From the NCBI GenBank assembly GCA_951406725.2, contig OX597838.1, forward strand, positions 27,962,001 to 28,026,000: DNA of 64,000 nucleotides, read 5' to 3'. Under the pieces are notes generated by a model, which searched no databases, was not told the origin of the DNA, and was given only the letters and a program-made list of their open reading frames with translations. This DNA comes from Octopus vulgaris. Lineage: Eukaryota. How positions within the stretch are numbered: the stretch's first letter is position 1; each line of letters opens with the position of its first letter. The position numbers were made by a program, and so were the translations under genes. Of this stretch, positions 35,244 to 48,234 are shown in pieces.

Positions 35244-35618
35244 CTAGCAGTATCGCCCGGCGTTGCTCAGGTTTGTAAGGGAAATAACTATAAAGCATTT
35301 TTAGAGAGTTATAGCAAAAAAATGGGGAAAAAATGATGGTAAATTTTTTTTTTGAGAGTTAAAAAAGGTGGAGTTGCGTCCCCTAGACGGTCTGTGCTTT
35401 GGGTTTCTGATTCTCAACCCCATGTCGAATTTATCGATTTTTTTCAGAACTGGGGGAACTTTTCAAAATTTTCGCTGCGTTAGTTTTGAATTATGACATT
35501 GGGCTATGTGTGTGTCAAGTTTCATCAGAATCGGTTGAAAGCCGTGGTCAGAGTGAGGGTACGAGAAAACAGACACACAGAAAACGCACAGACAAACTGC
35601 CGTTTATATAGAGAGAGA
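35244..35618 (-). mobile_element. Non-autonomous Helitron
   Basis: Minus strand begins TC and ends with a cctgagcaacgccgggcg hairpin + CTAG, between A and T; same 3' end as 40577-40971; interrupts a SINE-B remnant. Confidence 0.8.
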
Positions 35619-35649
35619 TTCTGCTCGTTCAGTACCCTTAATAATGATG

Positions 35650-36080
35650 ATTTCTGCTAAAGGCACAAGGCCTGAAATTTGGGGAGAGGGGAATAATCGA
35701 TTACAGTGACCCCAGTGTTTCACTGGTACTTAATTTATCAACCTCAGAAGGATGAAATGCAAAGTCAACCTTGGCAGAATTTGAACCTGGATTGTAAAGA
35801 CGGACGATATGTCGCTAAGCATTTTGCCAGTGTGCTAACAGTTCTGCCAGCTTGCTTCCTTAATAATAATTTCAAATTTTGCCACAAGGGCAGCTATTTT
35901 GTAGGAGGGGATGTGTCGATTACACTGACTCCAGTGTTTAACTGGAATTTAATTTATCGACCCCGAAAGGATGAAAGGCAAAGTTGACCTCAGCAGAATT
36001 TGAACTCAGACCAGAAAAACAGACGAAATGCTACTAAGCATTTTACCTGCTGTGCTAATGATTCTACCAGTGCACCACCT
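35650..36080 (-). mobile_element. Two tandem old SINE-B copies
   Basis: Two successive cacaagg...cgattaca...aaggatgaaa.gcaaagt...ctaagcatttt units. Confidence 0.75.
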
Positions 36081-36086
36081 TACACA

Positions 36087-36327
36087 ATCATCATCATCAT
36101 CACCATTGTTTAATGTCTGCTTTCCATGCTAGCATGGGTTGGACGATTTGACTGAGGTCTGGCGGACCAGATGGCTGCACCTGTCTCCAATCTGATCTGA
36201 CAGAGTTTCTACAGCTGGATGCCTTTCCTAACTCTAACCACTCCAAGAGTGTAGTGGGTGCTTTTACGTGCTACTGTCACGGGGGGGCCAGTCAGTCGGT
36301 ACTGGCAATGGCTATGCTCAAATGGTG

Positions 36328-36328
<1 letters not shown>
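36087..36328 (-). mobile_element. RTE-LINE 3' UTR-derived repeat
   Basis: Reverse complement of the family seen at 14190-14356. Confidence 0.8.
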
Positions 36329-36365
<37 letters not shown>

Positions 36366-36367
<2 letters not shown>

Positions 36368-36770
36368 CGCAGGAGTGGCTGTGTGGTAAGTAGCTTGCTA
36401 ACCAACCACATGGTTTCGGGTTCAGTCCCACTGCGTGGCATCTTGGGCAAGTGTCTTCTGCTATAGCCCCGGGCCGACCAATGCCTTGTGAGTGGATTTG
36501 GTAGATGGAAACTGAAAGAAGCCCGTCGTATATATGTATATATATATATATATATATGCGTTTGTGTGTCTGTGTTTGTCCCCCTAGCATTGCTTGACAA
36601 CCGATGCTGGTGTGTTTACATCCCCGTCACTTAGCGGTTCGGCAAAAGAGACCGATAGAATAAGTACTGGGCTTACAAAGAATAAGTCCCGGGGTCGATT
36701 TGCTCGACTAAAGGCGGTGTTCCAGCATGGCCGCAGTCAAATGACTGAAACAAGTAAAAGAGTAAAAGAG
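36366..36770 (+). mobile_element. SINE family A, full-length young copy (tRNA-derived head, internal (TA)n(TG)n, (GTAAAAGA)n tail)
   Basis: A-box-like TGGCTGTGTGG and B-box-like GGTTCAGTCCC; at least 8 near-identical copies in the window. Confidence 0.9.
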
Positions 36771-38400
36771 TATATATCAATAACATACATACAACTAAAT
36801 GTATAGATACATAATGAAATACTTTTAGTGAATTTAAATTAGACGATTGCGGCAAATTGTTTAATGTTTTATACGTTAGACCAATTTGTTTCACTCTTCT
36901 GGGATCACATCAGAGTAATTGTCAAGTATTGGGGAATCAATCAAATTGACTTCACCTTTCACTCAAAGTTTTGCCTTTCTTGGAAATCACTACTACCACC
37001 ACCATTACTACCACTACTACTACTACTACCGCTGTTTTAAATATTTCAGTGTATATGACACAGACGTATTGTTATATCTCCCTCTGCTACTTTTAAACAC
37101 TCACAGTCACTCACTCACAAACATGAATATACTCGCATGCATAAATGCATATGCACACTTACACATGCATGCATGTATTTACACATAAACACACATCCAT
37201 ATGCATGCACAACACTCACACATACACAATTAAATGCAGTTTTATACACATACACACACACACACACATCACTATTTCAGCTCTTTATTATATTTATTTT
37301 CCCAGTTAGCCAACTGCCTGACCTGGTTTCAATTCCTGAATCTTGCTATTTTACTTCAATTATGTTGATTGTTGATTCCATTAAGAAACAAGAAAGAAAA
37401 ATCACACGGCTAGTCAGGAAATAAAAACCCCAAACAAAACAAAAATATCTTGGGTTTTTTTTGTTTTGATTCTCACCTAGAGATTAAACTATGTCTTTTG
37501 ATTCTCCAAATGTTATTCAAACACAACAAGCACACACACACACACACCAGTGCTTCTTTTTGTTATTATATATCCACCCCTTTCTATGCCTGACCTCTGT
37601 TATGATGCATTTTGTCCCCCCCCCCTCACACACACTTTACCTTGGTTCCCCTATCTACCCGCCTAGCCATCCTCAATTCTCTACCTCTACCTGCTATTCT
37701 CTCTCTATGTATCTCTTATACTTCAGGGGTATACCTTGCTATCTTATTGCTACCATTCTTTCCCCACTTTCATACTGGGGTACCCATGTTTCACCTCTAC
37801 AACAAGACACCTGTACCTGTCTTTCTTTACATCGTTAGCCTCTCTACACCCGGCACAATGTCACTTCCCTCAAAACTGCATCTGCATTCTGCGACGGGTC
37901 TTGTCTTGCATGTTACTTGGTGACCCCACTAGTGCTAGTGCCACAAGAAAAGCAGCCAGTGCTTCCTGTAAAGTGGTTGGCATTAGGAAGGGCATCCAGC
38001 TGTAGAAACCTTGCCAAAGCTGACAATGGCAACCAACACAGCCGTCAGGCACTGTTGAACCATCCAAACTATGCCAGCAAGGGACATGGACATCAACTGA
38101 TAACAATGATAATATAACTGATCTACAGTAGTATTTAGTTTTCATACTAAGGTTTATTAAGGGATATATACCCAAAAGGTTTAGTCATCACTGTGGTTAT
38201 AAATTAAATTGATGACTAAAATCTGGGAGTGTTTCAAATTGTAAACTTTTGTATATATGTACACATTTATTCCATCAGTATTGTATATTTTCTGTTCTTG
38301 TTTCTAACAGGATATGAAATTCAAATAATTCCAAACACACACACTCATTCAAATATTTATATATGAGGTGATAGTGGACCGAGATATGTGGTGCATTGCT

Positions 38401-38664
38401 ATCATCATTATCATTGTTCGACCGTGGTTGAAAGTTTCATAGTCTTTTCAAATGGCTAATAATGTGTGCACGCGCCACTACTACACACATTGGAAAGCAT
38501 TGTACAACCAAGTACTAAAGAAGATCTTTCCTCCTCCATGAAATAAAGCTGTTCCCACTGGACGTCAACCCAGTATTTCTAAGCTACGGACCAAGTGATT
38601 TATTGTAAGGTTATCTCCCTAGATAGATTGCCTTCACTACGGCTAAGGAGCCCTTTCTACCCCA
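38401..38664 (-). mobile_element. Second copy of the short RTE-tailed retroposon
   Basis: Reverse complement of 27435-27697 with few differences. Confidence 0.85.
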
Positions 38665-39373
38665 GGGCTCAAGAAGACCCACACATCACAGCAGAACTGA
38701 GATCTTAAAACCAAGGTGTCGCATAAAAAGCATTGGTGTGGGTGCTGATGTCATGTAAAAAGCACTGGTGATGGTGCCACAAGAAAAAAGCACCCAGTAC
38801 ACTCTGTAAAGTGGTTGGCATTAGGAAGGGCTTCCAGATTATGGAACCTGGTGTGGTCCCTGGCCTTGCCAGTTCCTGTCAAGCTGTCCAACCCATGCCA
38901 GCATGGAAAACACATTACATGTTGATGATATGTTTCTGTGTTGGCATGTATGTGTTTGCACACATACACACCTGTTGATTAACCTAATATCAACCTTCAT
39001 CTGTCATATCTTTGATCAAGATGTCCCAGTTATGAACGTTTTGTCTTTTATTCAAGCATAGTAATATGTCTACAATGATATTATCCAAACTCCCCTCTAT
39101 CTTAAAGACACTAGGATGTAATCCAAGGAAAATTTGGCTCACGCAGTTGTGTTGGAGCGCCTCCCTTCTTGGTTTAACCCTTTTCTGTGGGAATCAGCTA
39201 TATCCACTCATATTTTTGTTATCCTTAACTGCAGAAAGCAATTTTTCTTATACAAGTCTATCTTTTGTTGAGGAATATCATAGTTGAAACTATCCTCTGT
39301 TGAGATGCATCAAGTTAATTGCGGTTATGTAACTTGCAGAAAATGCCAATTCTATTTTTTAGTAGATATTTAA

Positions 39374-39593
39374 CCCTTTAGCATTCAAACCGGCCATATC
39401 CGGCCAAAATAGTCTACCTGTTTTATCTTCAAATCAGTCAGATCTGGCCTCTCACACCTATCCTACAATGTCATTTTAAAAATAAACAGTCACACCATCG
39501 AAATCTCGAAACTATATGATAGTGCATGATGAATTCAAAATAATGTAAATCAATAAGCATTATACTTGTAAGATTAATCTGAATGCTAAAGGG
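39374..39593. mobile_element. piggyBac-like MITE family 2
   Basis: TTAA-CCCTTTAGCATTCA...TGAATGCTAAAGGG-TTAA. Confidence 0.88.
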
Positions 39594-40576
39594 TTAATAT
39601 TACTGAAATAAGCACGGAATTTAAATTTGCAATTAAAAGGTTAATATACCTAGAGTGATGGGTTCTGCTCTTGTTATTAATTCACAATTTGCAAGGTCGG
39701 CTTTGCTTTTCATCCTTTTGGGGTCAATAAAATAAGTACCAACTGAGTACTGGGGTCGATGTGACCAAATTGCCTCTGCCCCCAAATTTCAGGCCTTGTG
39801 CCTTTAGTTGAAAGGATTATTATTAAGAACAGTATATTTATGTATAGGTTTGTGTGTGTGTGTGTGTGTATATATATACATATATGTATATTTATTCGTC
39901 CACTCTGCAGTGTGGTTGGTGTTAGGAAGGGCATCCAGCTGTAAAAGTTCTGTCAAAACAGTTGCAGAAGTCTGGTGCAGGCTTCCTCCTGGCCAGCTCC
40001 TGTCAAACTGGCCTACCCATGCCAGCATGGAAAGTGGATGTTAAGCGATGATGATGATGATGAAAGAACCTAATGTTCAGTTCAGGGTATTGTATATAAA
40101 TGGATTTGTCCGTAGTCTTACAACATGGCTACTGTTGTTTCAGCAAAGCAAATATTCTCTAAGCTCATCTGAAATATGTTTTCTCTGACAAATGCTTAGG
40201 GAAAACTTTATGTTGAAAATGCTGTGGTTATGTTGTACAAATATGAATGATTTTGTTTATTATCTAGAGTCAGAGGGTACCACCTTAGCTGTGAAAATAC
40301 TCCTGTGTATATGTGTATATTTTATATGTGTGTGTCTTTGCACTTGTCTGACAACCAGTGTTGGTTTGTTTACATCCCCATAACTTAACACTTCAGTAAA
40401 AGAGATCAATAAAGTAAGTGCCAGACTTCAAAAATGAGCTCTGAGGTTGATTTGTTTAACTGTACCCTTCAACATGGTGCCCCAGCATGGCTGCAGTCCA
40501 ATGACTGAAACAATAGATAAAAGGATGTAAAGCAAAATTTAGTAACCATAGCAACAATATAGTCTTTTTGTTGTAA

Positions 40577-40971
40577 TCTATATATATATATATATATAAA
40601 GCTGAAGTTGTCTGTGTGTGTGTGGCAGGTTTGGTAGCCTTCAACTAACACTATCTCCTCCGAGACCCTGCGGCGCAAGTTGACCAAAACTGAGAGTATG
40701 CTAGAAGAAGGCTTGCTCTTCATTCCGTAGAAGAAAAAATTCAAATCGGACCGTGTTAAGACCAAAAATTATTTACATCAAAAAGGTGCTTTTTTCTATG
40801 AAAATCCCTATTTTTAATGATTTTTTTTTTACTGCTGTGTCACCATTTCATGGTGTATTTCAACCAGAAAAATGTCCACTTAAAGAGAATAACAAGCTAC
40901 ATAATGCAAAAGTCTGCCGTTTTAAGCACAACTAAAAAACAAACCCGAGCAACGCCGGGCTATACTGCTAG
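40577..40971 (+). mobile_element. Non-autonomous Helitron
   Basis: A|TC start, subterminal hairpin CCCG-agcaacgc-CGGG, CTAG|T end, no TSD. Confidence 0.85.
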
Positions 40972-41440
40972 TCTATAATAATATTTATCTGTCTGTCTCT
41001 AAAGTGTGAATTATTAAGATTGGTGTTGATTTGAAGTTTTTGAGTGAAAAATAAATAAATAAAAAAAAACCATGAATAAAATCAACAGAAAAGAGATATT
41101 GCATGAATAAACCTGACATGCATTATTTACAAGTGATTTTTTGTTGTTGGGTCAAGTTTTTTAAAAGCAGTGCAGTTACTTTACACCGTGGTGGTGGTGG
41201 CAGGGATTAGAACAATCGCTAGGTGTTAAGTTTAAAGAAATAAAGAAAAAAATTATAAAAATGCGTTTTCTGTAGGCACAGATGTGGCTGTGTGGTAAGC
41301 AAGTCACTTCTCAACCACATGGTTCTGGCTTCAGTCCCACTGTGTGGCATCTTGGGCAAATGACTTCTATTATAACTTGGGGATTTGGTAGACAGAAATT
41401 GAAAGAAGCCCATCATATATATATATATATATATATATAA

Positions 41441-41681
41441 TCGTTGCTATTATGTTAAACTGTTGTATGTCCAAATTTTGTCCAAATGCATTTTTTTCAA
41501 TATTTACTTTTGTTTGTAATAGCTGGTTCTTTTGGTCAAACTATTGTATCTTCAGATGCCAAGATATCAGAAATTGTCAAAATGTAGTACAACAGTTTTG
41601 CTATGGAATGGTGAAACTATTTTTTGTTCTCTGAAAAAGCAATGTTTTGGACTTACAACACTTTTGCATAATAGCAACAGG
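41441..41681. mobile_element. MITE-like element with ~35-bp imperfect TIRs
   Basis: gttgctattatgttaaactgttgtatgtccaaa versus ttttggacttacaacacttttgcataatagcaac. Confidence 0.6.
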
Positions 41682-41939
41682 ATATCTCTTTCTCTGAAAC
41701 AGAGGCGACTGAAGAAGGGGAATTTTTCTTGTGTTGTATGTCCTGTACTCTATTTTTTCGTTGTTTAAGAAAAATATCCATTTCCTTGGTTTTGTGTTTA
41801 TGTTTTCGTTTCTCATTGTGTTCGACGTTTTATTGGTGTCCTGTACCCATATATGCATGTATATATATATGTAGGTATGTACATATATGTATGTATATAT
41901 GGATATTTATTAATTTGTTATTATATATATATATATATA

Positions 41940-42193
41940 TGGCTCCTGTGCAGGTGGCACATAAAAAACACCATTTGAACATGGCCGTTGCCAGTACCGC
42001 CTGACTGGCCCTCATGCTAGTGACACGTAAAAAGCACCTACTACATTCTCGGAGTGGTTGGCATTAGGAAGGGCATCCATCTGTAGAAACTCTGCCAGAT
42101 CAGATTGGAGCCTGGTGCAGCCATTTTGTTCGCCAGTCCTCAGTCAAATCGTCCGACCCATGCTAGCATGGAAAGCAGACGTTAAACGATGAT
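41940..42193 (+). mobile_element. RTE-LINE 3' UTR-derived repeat
   Basis: Same core and gacgttaaacgatgat tail as 13966-14356. Confidence 0.8.
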
Positions 42194-42411
42194 TATATAT
42201 ATATATGTTTATTTATGTTTTGAATGGAAAGAGGTTGCTCTTTCACAGGGAGGCAATTTATCCAAGCGTACACCTGTTTAACTCCATATCGCTTAATATA
42301 CTTAAAATTCATTTGTGTTAGTATTAGTGTTAACACTTACGAAGTTCCAGTTGTCATTAGAGATGTTTTTATCCATTCGATATAGGAGAACAGAATTTTA
42401 ATAATATAATA

Positions 42412-42707
42412 ATAGGAAAATGGGGAGTTTGGACACAGAAAAAAAATCAATCTATTTATATAATAGTCAATTTCATATTGCCTATATATGTTTCAATCTC
42501 TTACCTTCATTCATATTTTGCAATTAAGATTGCATTATGCATTTAAAAGGTAAGAGATTTTTTACTTTGAAATGCCTAATGCAATCTTAATTTCAAAATA
42601 TGAATGAAGGTAAGAGATTGAAACATATATAGGCAATATGAAATTGATTATTATATATAAATAAATTGATTTTTTTTTCTGTGTCCAAACTCCCCATTTT
42701 CCTTATT
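42412..42707. repeat. Foldback palindrome with ~140-bp arms; a third arm copy lies at 45026-45183
   Basis: ggaaaatggggagtttggacacagaaaaaaaatc...gcattatgcattt is mirrored by aaatgcctaatgc...ctgtgtccaaactccccattttcc. Confidence 0.88.
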
Positions 42708-42708
42708 T

Positions 42709-42755
<47 letters not shown>

Positions 42756-44009
42756 TGTTTGTGTATTTGTATGCCACCACTGCTTGACAACTGGTGTCTC
42801 AGACCCCACAACATAGCATTTCAACAAAAAAAGACAGATAGAATAAGTACAAGGTGTAAAAAAATTAAGTCCTGGGGTTGATTTGTTTGACTAAAATACC
42901 CTTCATGGCAGTGCCCCAGCATGGCCATAGTCAAATGACTGAAACAAGTGAAAAAATAAAATGAAAGTTAAAAGATACATGCCTTGTTTCTACAAGTTTT
43001 AATTTTGCCATCTTCCTTGCTCCTGCTATCTTTATAACCCTCATCATCATTTAGTGTCCCTTTTTCCTTGCTTTCCAAGCAAAGTCGCAAAGTAATATCT
43101 CTCCATCTCCAGACATTGTTTTCATGGAAGACTGGAATTGAACAGCCTTGCTTGTATGATGGTGATTCTCGTTTATGACCATCACCTGATGTCAAAGTAA
43201 GGATGTACAAAAGCGTACATGTACACACACATACACACGCGATAGGTAGACAAACTGAAAGAAACCTGTCCTTTGTGTGTGTGTGTGTGTGTGTCTTTAC
43301 ATGACTGGCACCTGTACTGGTGGCGCATAAAACCACCCTTGTCAGTGGCACGTAAAAAGCACCCATTACACTCCTGGAATGGTTGGCGTCAGGAAGGGCA
43401 TCTAGCCGTAGAAACCATGTCAAATCAGACTGGAACCTGATGCAGCTATCTGGCTTACCAGTTCCAGTTGAACCATCTAACCCATGCCAACATGGAAAGC
43501 AGACGTTAAATGATGATGATGATATATATGTATTGGTATATATAGCAAAAACAGTTAGGTTTCTTTAACATTTTACATAGTTCAACATACACAAGTGAAT
43601 GGGTGAAAAACAATATAGGAATTGTGAAAGAAGTTTCTCTAAAACTAGTTTTTAAACATCAAATGTCTAAGGCGGTCCACCAGAATAAAATAGTAATCAA
43701 AGGGGTCCCTAGATCCAAAATGGTTGTGTACCCCCTGGTCTAGATTTAAGGTAGTCAAATTGTATTTACCCTTTTGATACTAATACATCTGAGACAGCTG
43801 CTGGCTCTACAGTACAAACTTCCTGTTCTAAAGTGATGTAAATTAAAACCTATCAAATTTCATGTTAATTGATATTCTAAATGACTCATTTAATAATGAC
43901 AGTTATCTTTATTTAAATTTTCACTGTCTGCAAAATAATTGAAATTGTCAGAGTATTTCAGCAGAAATATGGCAGTGAAAGGTTTAAGCTTATTTTAGTG
44001 CCACTGGTT

Positions 44010-44600
44010 CCCTAGTTACTTAGTTTAGTATTTATGTGATAAGCCCTATTTATTTAGTGCCCCTAGTTACTTAGTTTAGTGTTTATGTGATAAGCCCTAG
44101 TTATTTAGGGCCCCTAGTTACTTAGTTTAGTATTTGTGATAAACCCTAGTTTTTTAGTGCCCCTAGTCACTTAGTTTAGTATTTATGTGATAAGCCCTAG
44201 TTATTTAGGGCCCCTAGTTACTTAGTTTAGTATTTGTGATAAACCCTAGTTTTTTAGTGCCCCTAGTCACTTAGTTTAGTATTTATGTGATAAGCCCTAG
44301 TTATTTAGTGCCCCTAGTTACTTAGTTTAGTATTTATGTGATAAGCCCTAGTTATTTAGGGCCCCTAGTTACTTAGTTTAGTGTTTATGTGATAAGCCCT
44401 AGTTATTTAGTGCCCCTAGTTACTTAGTTTAGTATTTGTGATAAGCCCTAGTTATTTAGTGCTACTGATTCTCTATTTAGTGCCACTGGTTCCCTAGTTA
44501 CTTAGTTTAGTATTTATGTGATAAGCCCTAGTTATTTAGTGCCCCTGGTTCCCTAATTATTTAGTGCCTTTGGTTCCTTAGTTACTTAGTTTAGTGTTTG
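44010..44600. repeat. Minisatellite with 51/49-bp unit, ~10 copies plus degenerate ends
   Basis: ccctagttacttagtttagtatttatgtgataagccctagttatttagtgc starts at 44010, 44061, 44112, 44161, 44212, 44261, 44312, 44363, 44414 and 44492. Confidence 0.92.
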
Positions 44601-44979
44601 ATCATGTAATGAGCCAATCTGTGATTCCCAGCTCAAGTGGCATGAATAAATGAACGGAAAAAAGTTACTAATCAAATCAAGTAATTAAAAAATCAAAGCC
44701 CTATCATAATGATTTTTATTCTCGCTTCACTGATCAGTGTTAGGTGTGATGTGTCTATACGTGTTTCAATCTGATAAAAACTTGCAAGTCTTGTATTAAA
44801 AGAGTGTTCATTCATTCTGCACAGACTGTGTATGTGTGTGTATATGGCTGTGCAGTTAAGAAGTTCACTTCCCAACTACATGGTTTTAGGTTCAATCCCA
44901 CTTCAAATACTTTGGCACTTCTACTATAGCCCCTAAGTGATCAAAGCCATGGAAAGTGAAAGCCTGTCTTATGATTTTA

Positions 44980-45025
<46 letters not shown>

Positions 45026-46236
45026 AAATAAGGTAAATGGGGAGTTTGGACACAGAAAAAAATCAATTTATTTATATATAATAATCAATTTCATATTGCC
45101 TATATATGTTTCAATCTCTTACCTTCATTCATATTTTGAAATTAAGATTGTATTATGCATTTCAAAGGCAAAAAAATCTCTTATATTTTCACTCTATGAA
45201 AGTTGCAAGTTACAAGTGGTGTTGCTATTATTTGTCAACAAATTGTCTGTTTGCTTTATGCCTTTGAAGATGTATGAAATGAGAGGTCCCTAACTTGAAA
45301 AATGGCTAAGGGTTAGTGTCAGGATGAACATCAGGCTGTAAAACAGTGCCTTGATAATGAATTGATCTGACCCATGCAAGCATAGAAAAACGTGTATAAA
45401 ATGAATGAAGAAATATATTGTGTGTGTCTCCTTGTTTGGAATAGTTGTAAATGATTATCACTGTCATATAATTGGCCTTGTTTGGAAATGGGTCAAGGTT
45501 GGTGAGGAAGGGCATCTGGCCATAGAAAATCTGCCTCAATGAAGTCTGACCCATGTGAGCATGGAAAAGTGGATGTTAAGATGATGATGAATGGTGTGTG
45601 TGTGTATATGAGAGTAAGAGAAGTTTGGCAATACAAACAAGAAAATAAAACTCAAGACATGAGTGTGTGTGTGTCTGTGTGTGCATATAGACAGACATAC
45701 CATAACAAACCATTGTGTAGCCTGTATGTAGACAGATGTAGCTAAGTAAAACTGTTTAATCTGTAACATCATTGAAAGAAAGACGTGTTTGTGAGTCTGA
45801 AAGATGTTTGTTATGTAAGAGATACAATCCTCATAGATTTGTGTGCGGATCTTATCAGCAATGTTTTCAAACCATAAGCTCTATTTTTGGTAGATTCTTC
45901 AGAAATCATGTAATGATGCAGTTGTATCTAATTAAAATTACTTCAGCCTGCTTACACATACATAAGCCTTGAGTTTGCCCCGTTGCTGGAACTTGTCAAC
46001 AAGAGCCATTTTAGCCAGCTAGAAATAATAGCTAACTTATTAAGTCAATGTTGCTGTGAGTGCGATATCATTTGTATGATGTGGAAAATATTCTCACAGC
46101 ATTGCCCAAACGATGTTAGCATCAACTTTAATTATTCACTTAAGGCTAGGTCCCTGTGCTGTCCGTCCTCTACAAAAATCATGCCACATCACAATACTAA
46201 GAGAAATTTCATTACAACTGGTTCTGCTCTCTTTAA

Positions 46237-46447
46237 CCCTTTACTGTTCACATTATTCTACCAAAATTAAGGTTTTTTCATCCACATTGCCTTGAACTAA
46301 TCATGCATTATCTTGTAGCTATGAGATTTTGATGAGGTAGCGGTTAATTTTTTAAATGATATTGTAGGGTTGGTGTGAGAGACCAGATCTGGCCATTTTG
46401 AACATAAAACAGGGAGAATACTTATGGCCGGTTTAAATGCTAAAGGG
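46237..46447. mobile_element. piggyBac-like MITE family 2
   Basis: TTAA-CCCTTT...TAAAGGG-TTAA; reverse orientation of 39374-39593. Confidence 0.82.
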
Positions 46448-46730
46448 TTAATATCATGCCAAAACAAATAAGGGAAGAAAATCTCATAACATTCAGATGG
46501 TTCCTGGATGATTATCTCCCACAAATTCCAGATAAGCCATCTACACCTGGATATATCTCTGCAAACACCAACTCTTTACTTGAATGGACTTGGTGCCCAT
46601 AGAATGACTATAATATGAAACATTATTCAATATCTTTTCCAGATGGTGCTATTATGTTAATTTTGTCCTAGGCCAATTCTGGTTGAAACTTATGTAACAA
46701 AAGGAACACATTGGATTATATTGTATAGCA

Positions 46731-46895
46731 CAGTGGTTCCCAACCTTTTCACTACCAAGGACCCCTTTAATTTAAATGAATTTTCCCACGGATCCCAGGA
46801 TATTGAAAGGTCTGTCAGCTTGGTATGTTCACGGACCCCCAGTACTACCTTTGCGGACCACCAGGGATCTGTGGACCATAGGTTGGGAACCACTG
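46731..46895. mobile_element. hAT (Charlie/MER5-like) MITE
   Basis: TIR CAGTGGTTCCCAACCT / AGGTTGGGAACCACTG; 8-bp TSD gtatagca/gtacagca. Confidence 0.88.
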
Positions 46896-47032
46896 GTACA
46901 GCATCTGAAATATATTAACTAGAAAACACTGGTGTGGTGGTCATGGCTGAGTACCTTTTGATCATTAATCTGCTTGATCAAGACTACCTTGGGCTAAACA
47001 ACAGCAACAATTAGTTTCTTCATTGTCATCTC

Positions 47033-48234
47033 CTAGTCCAGGTATGTCTGTGTGGTCAAGAAGCTTGCTTCACGACTACATGATCTTGCGCTCAGTCCCA
47101 TTGCAGGGCACTTTGGACAAGAGTCTTTTAGCATAACCTTGGGCCAACCAAAGCCTTAGGAGTCGATTTGATAGACAGGGTTAGCTTTTCATTTAACTCT
47201 TTCATAGTAGATAAGCATATTATTGATACTTGTTGTTTATCTCCATATTAGCTCTGATTAAAAGCATTTCAGCAGTTTCTCACCTGGATTTCTTTTCATA
47301 ATCTAACTAGGACTACATTACCTAATGTAACTAGGACTACATTACCTAATGTAACTAGGACTACATTATCCAATGTCTTTTTTTTTTAAAGACAGTTGGG
47401 TATGATTTGAGGTGAAATTTGCCAACTATATCTAGCAAGTCAACTGTATAGGAAGGTCCTACAATCACTTGATTTGAGCTGTGTTGTGGTTGTTAAGTAG
47501 CCCCTTTCAGCCCTTAATAACAAGTGTCATTATATTGTTCTTATAAACTTCTGAATATTTTGTACGGTCCTTGAGTCAAACTACAAAACCTTTCATGTTA
47601 AAGCTCTGCAATGTATGTGATGAAACTCTTCCTAAGCCCACTTACCTTGGTTGAACTGATGTTTGCCCTTCAATCTTTGCACTGATGGTTGCCTCCTTTT
47701 CTGGGACCCTGTTGTTGTACATGTATCCGCCCATACACCCTAGACTGCATAACCACAAATGTAGGGCCATTTAGCTGATAGACAAAGCTTCACACACCAA
47801 CAGGCTACACAACTAACAGCTTAAATCAGTGATTTCTGATTCTTTAATCTTGCATGCTGTGTATCACCATTGTGGCTAAGTTCCCCAAATACATCCACCT
47901 CATCTCTTCCTCCTTTGTACTGTTTTACATTTCAGTCCTCACCACAGCAGAAGTGGTAAGGCCTCTCTGCTTGGTGAAGGGGATTGGCCTGCAAGATTCT
48001 TGTAAAGAAAGCACGCTAATATGGAGATAAACAACAAGTATCAATAATATGCTTATCTACTATGAAAGAGTTAAATGAAAAGCTAACCCTGTCTATCAAA
48101 TTAACTCCTAAGGCTTTGGTTGGCCCAAGGTTGTGCTAAAAGACCCTTGTCCAAAGTGCCCTGCAATGGGACTGAACGCAAGATCATGTAGTCATGAAGC
48201 AAGCTTCTTAACCACACAGACATACCTGGACTAG
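47033..48234. repeat. Local inverted duplication with 220-bp arms (47033-47252 and 48015-48234)
   Basis: Arms are nearly identical and include both a decayed SINE-A head and its non-SINE flank. Confidence 0.9.
47304..47375. repeat. 24-bp tandem repeat x3
   Basis: taactaggactacattacctaatg at 47304, 47328 and 47352. Confidence 0.85.

Noticed and set aside
38301-38330. Acceptor-like tttctaacag (also ttttcag at 61714-61720) as candidate Mondo exon 2
   Set aside because: The downstream sequence does not encode the expected SG....PKWK..KG motif.
41709-41740. CTGAAGA core suggesting a second hammerhead
   Set aside because: No stem II closing into GAAA downstream.
44010-44600. Regularly spaced repeats resembling a CRISPR array
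   Set aside because: No unique spacers, no cas genes and a eukaryotic context; it is a tandem minisatellite.
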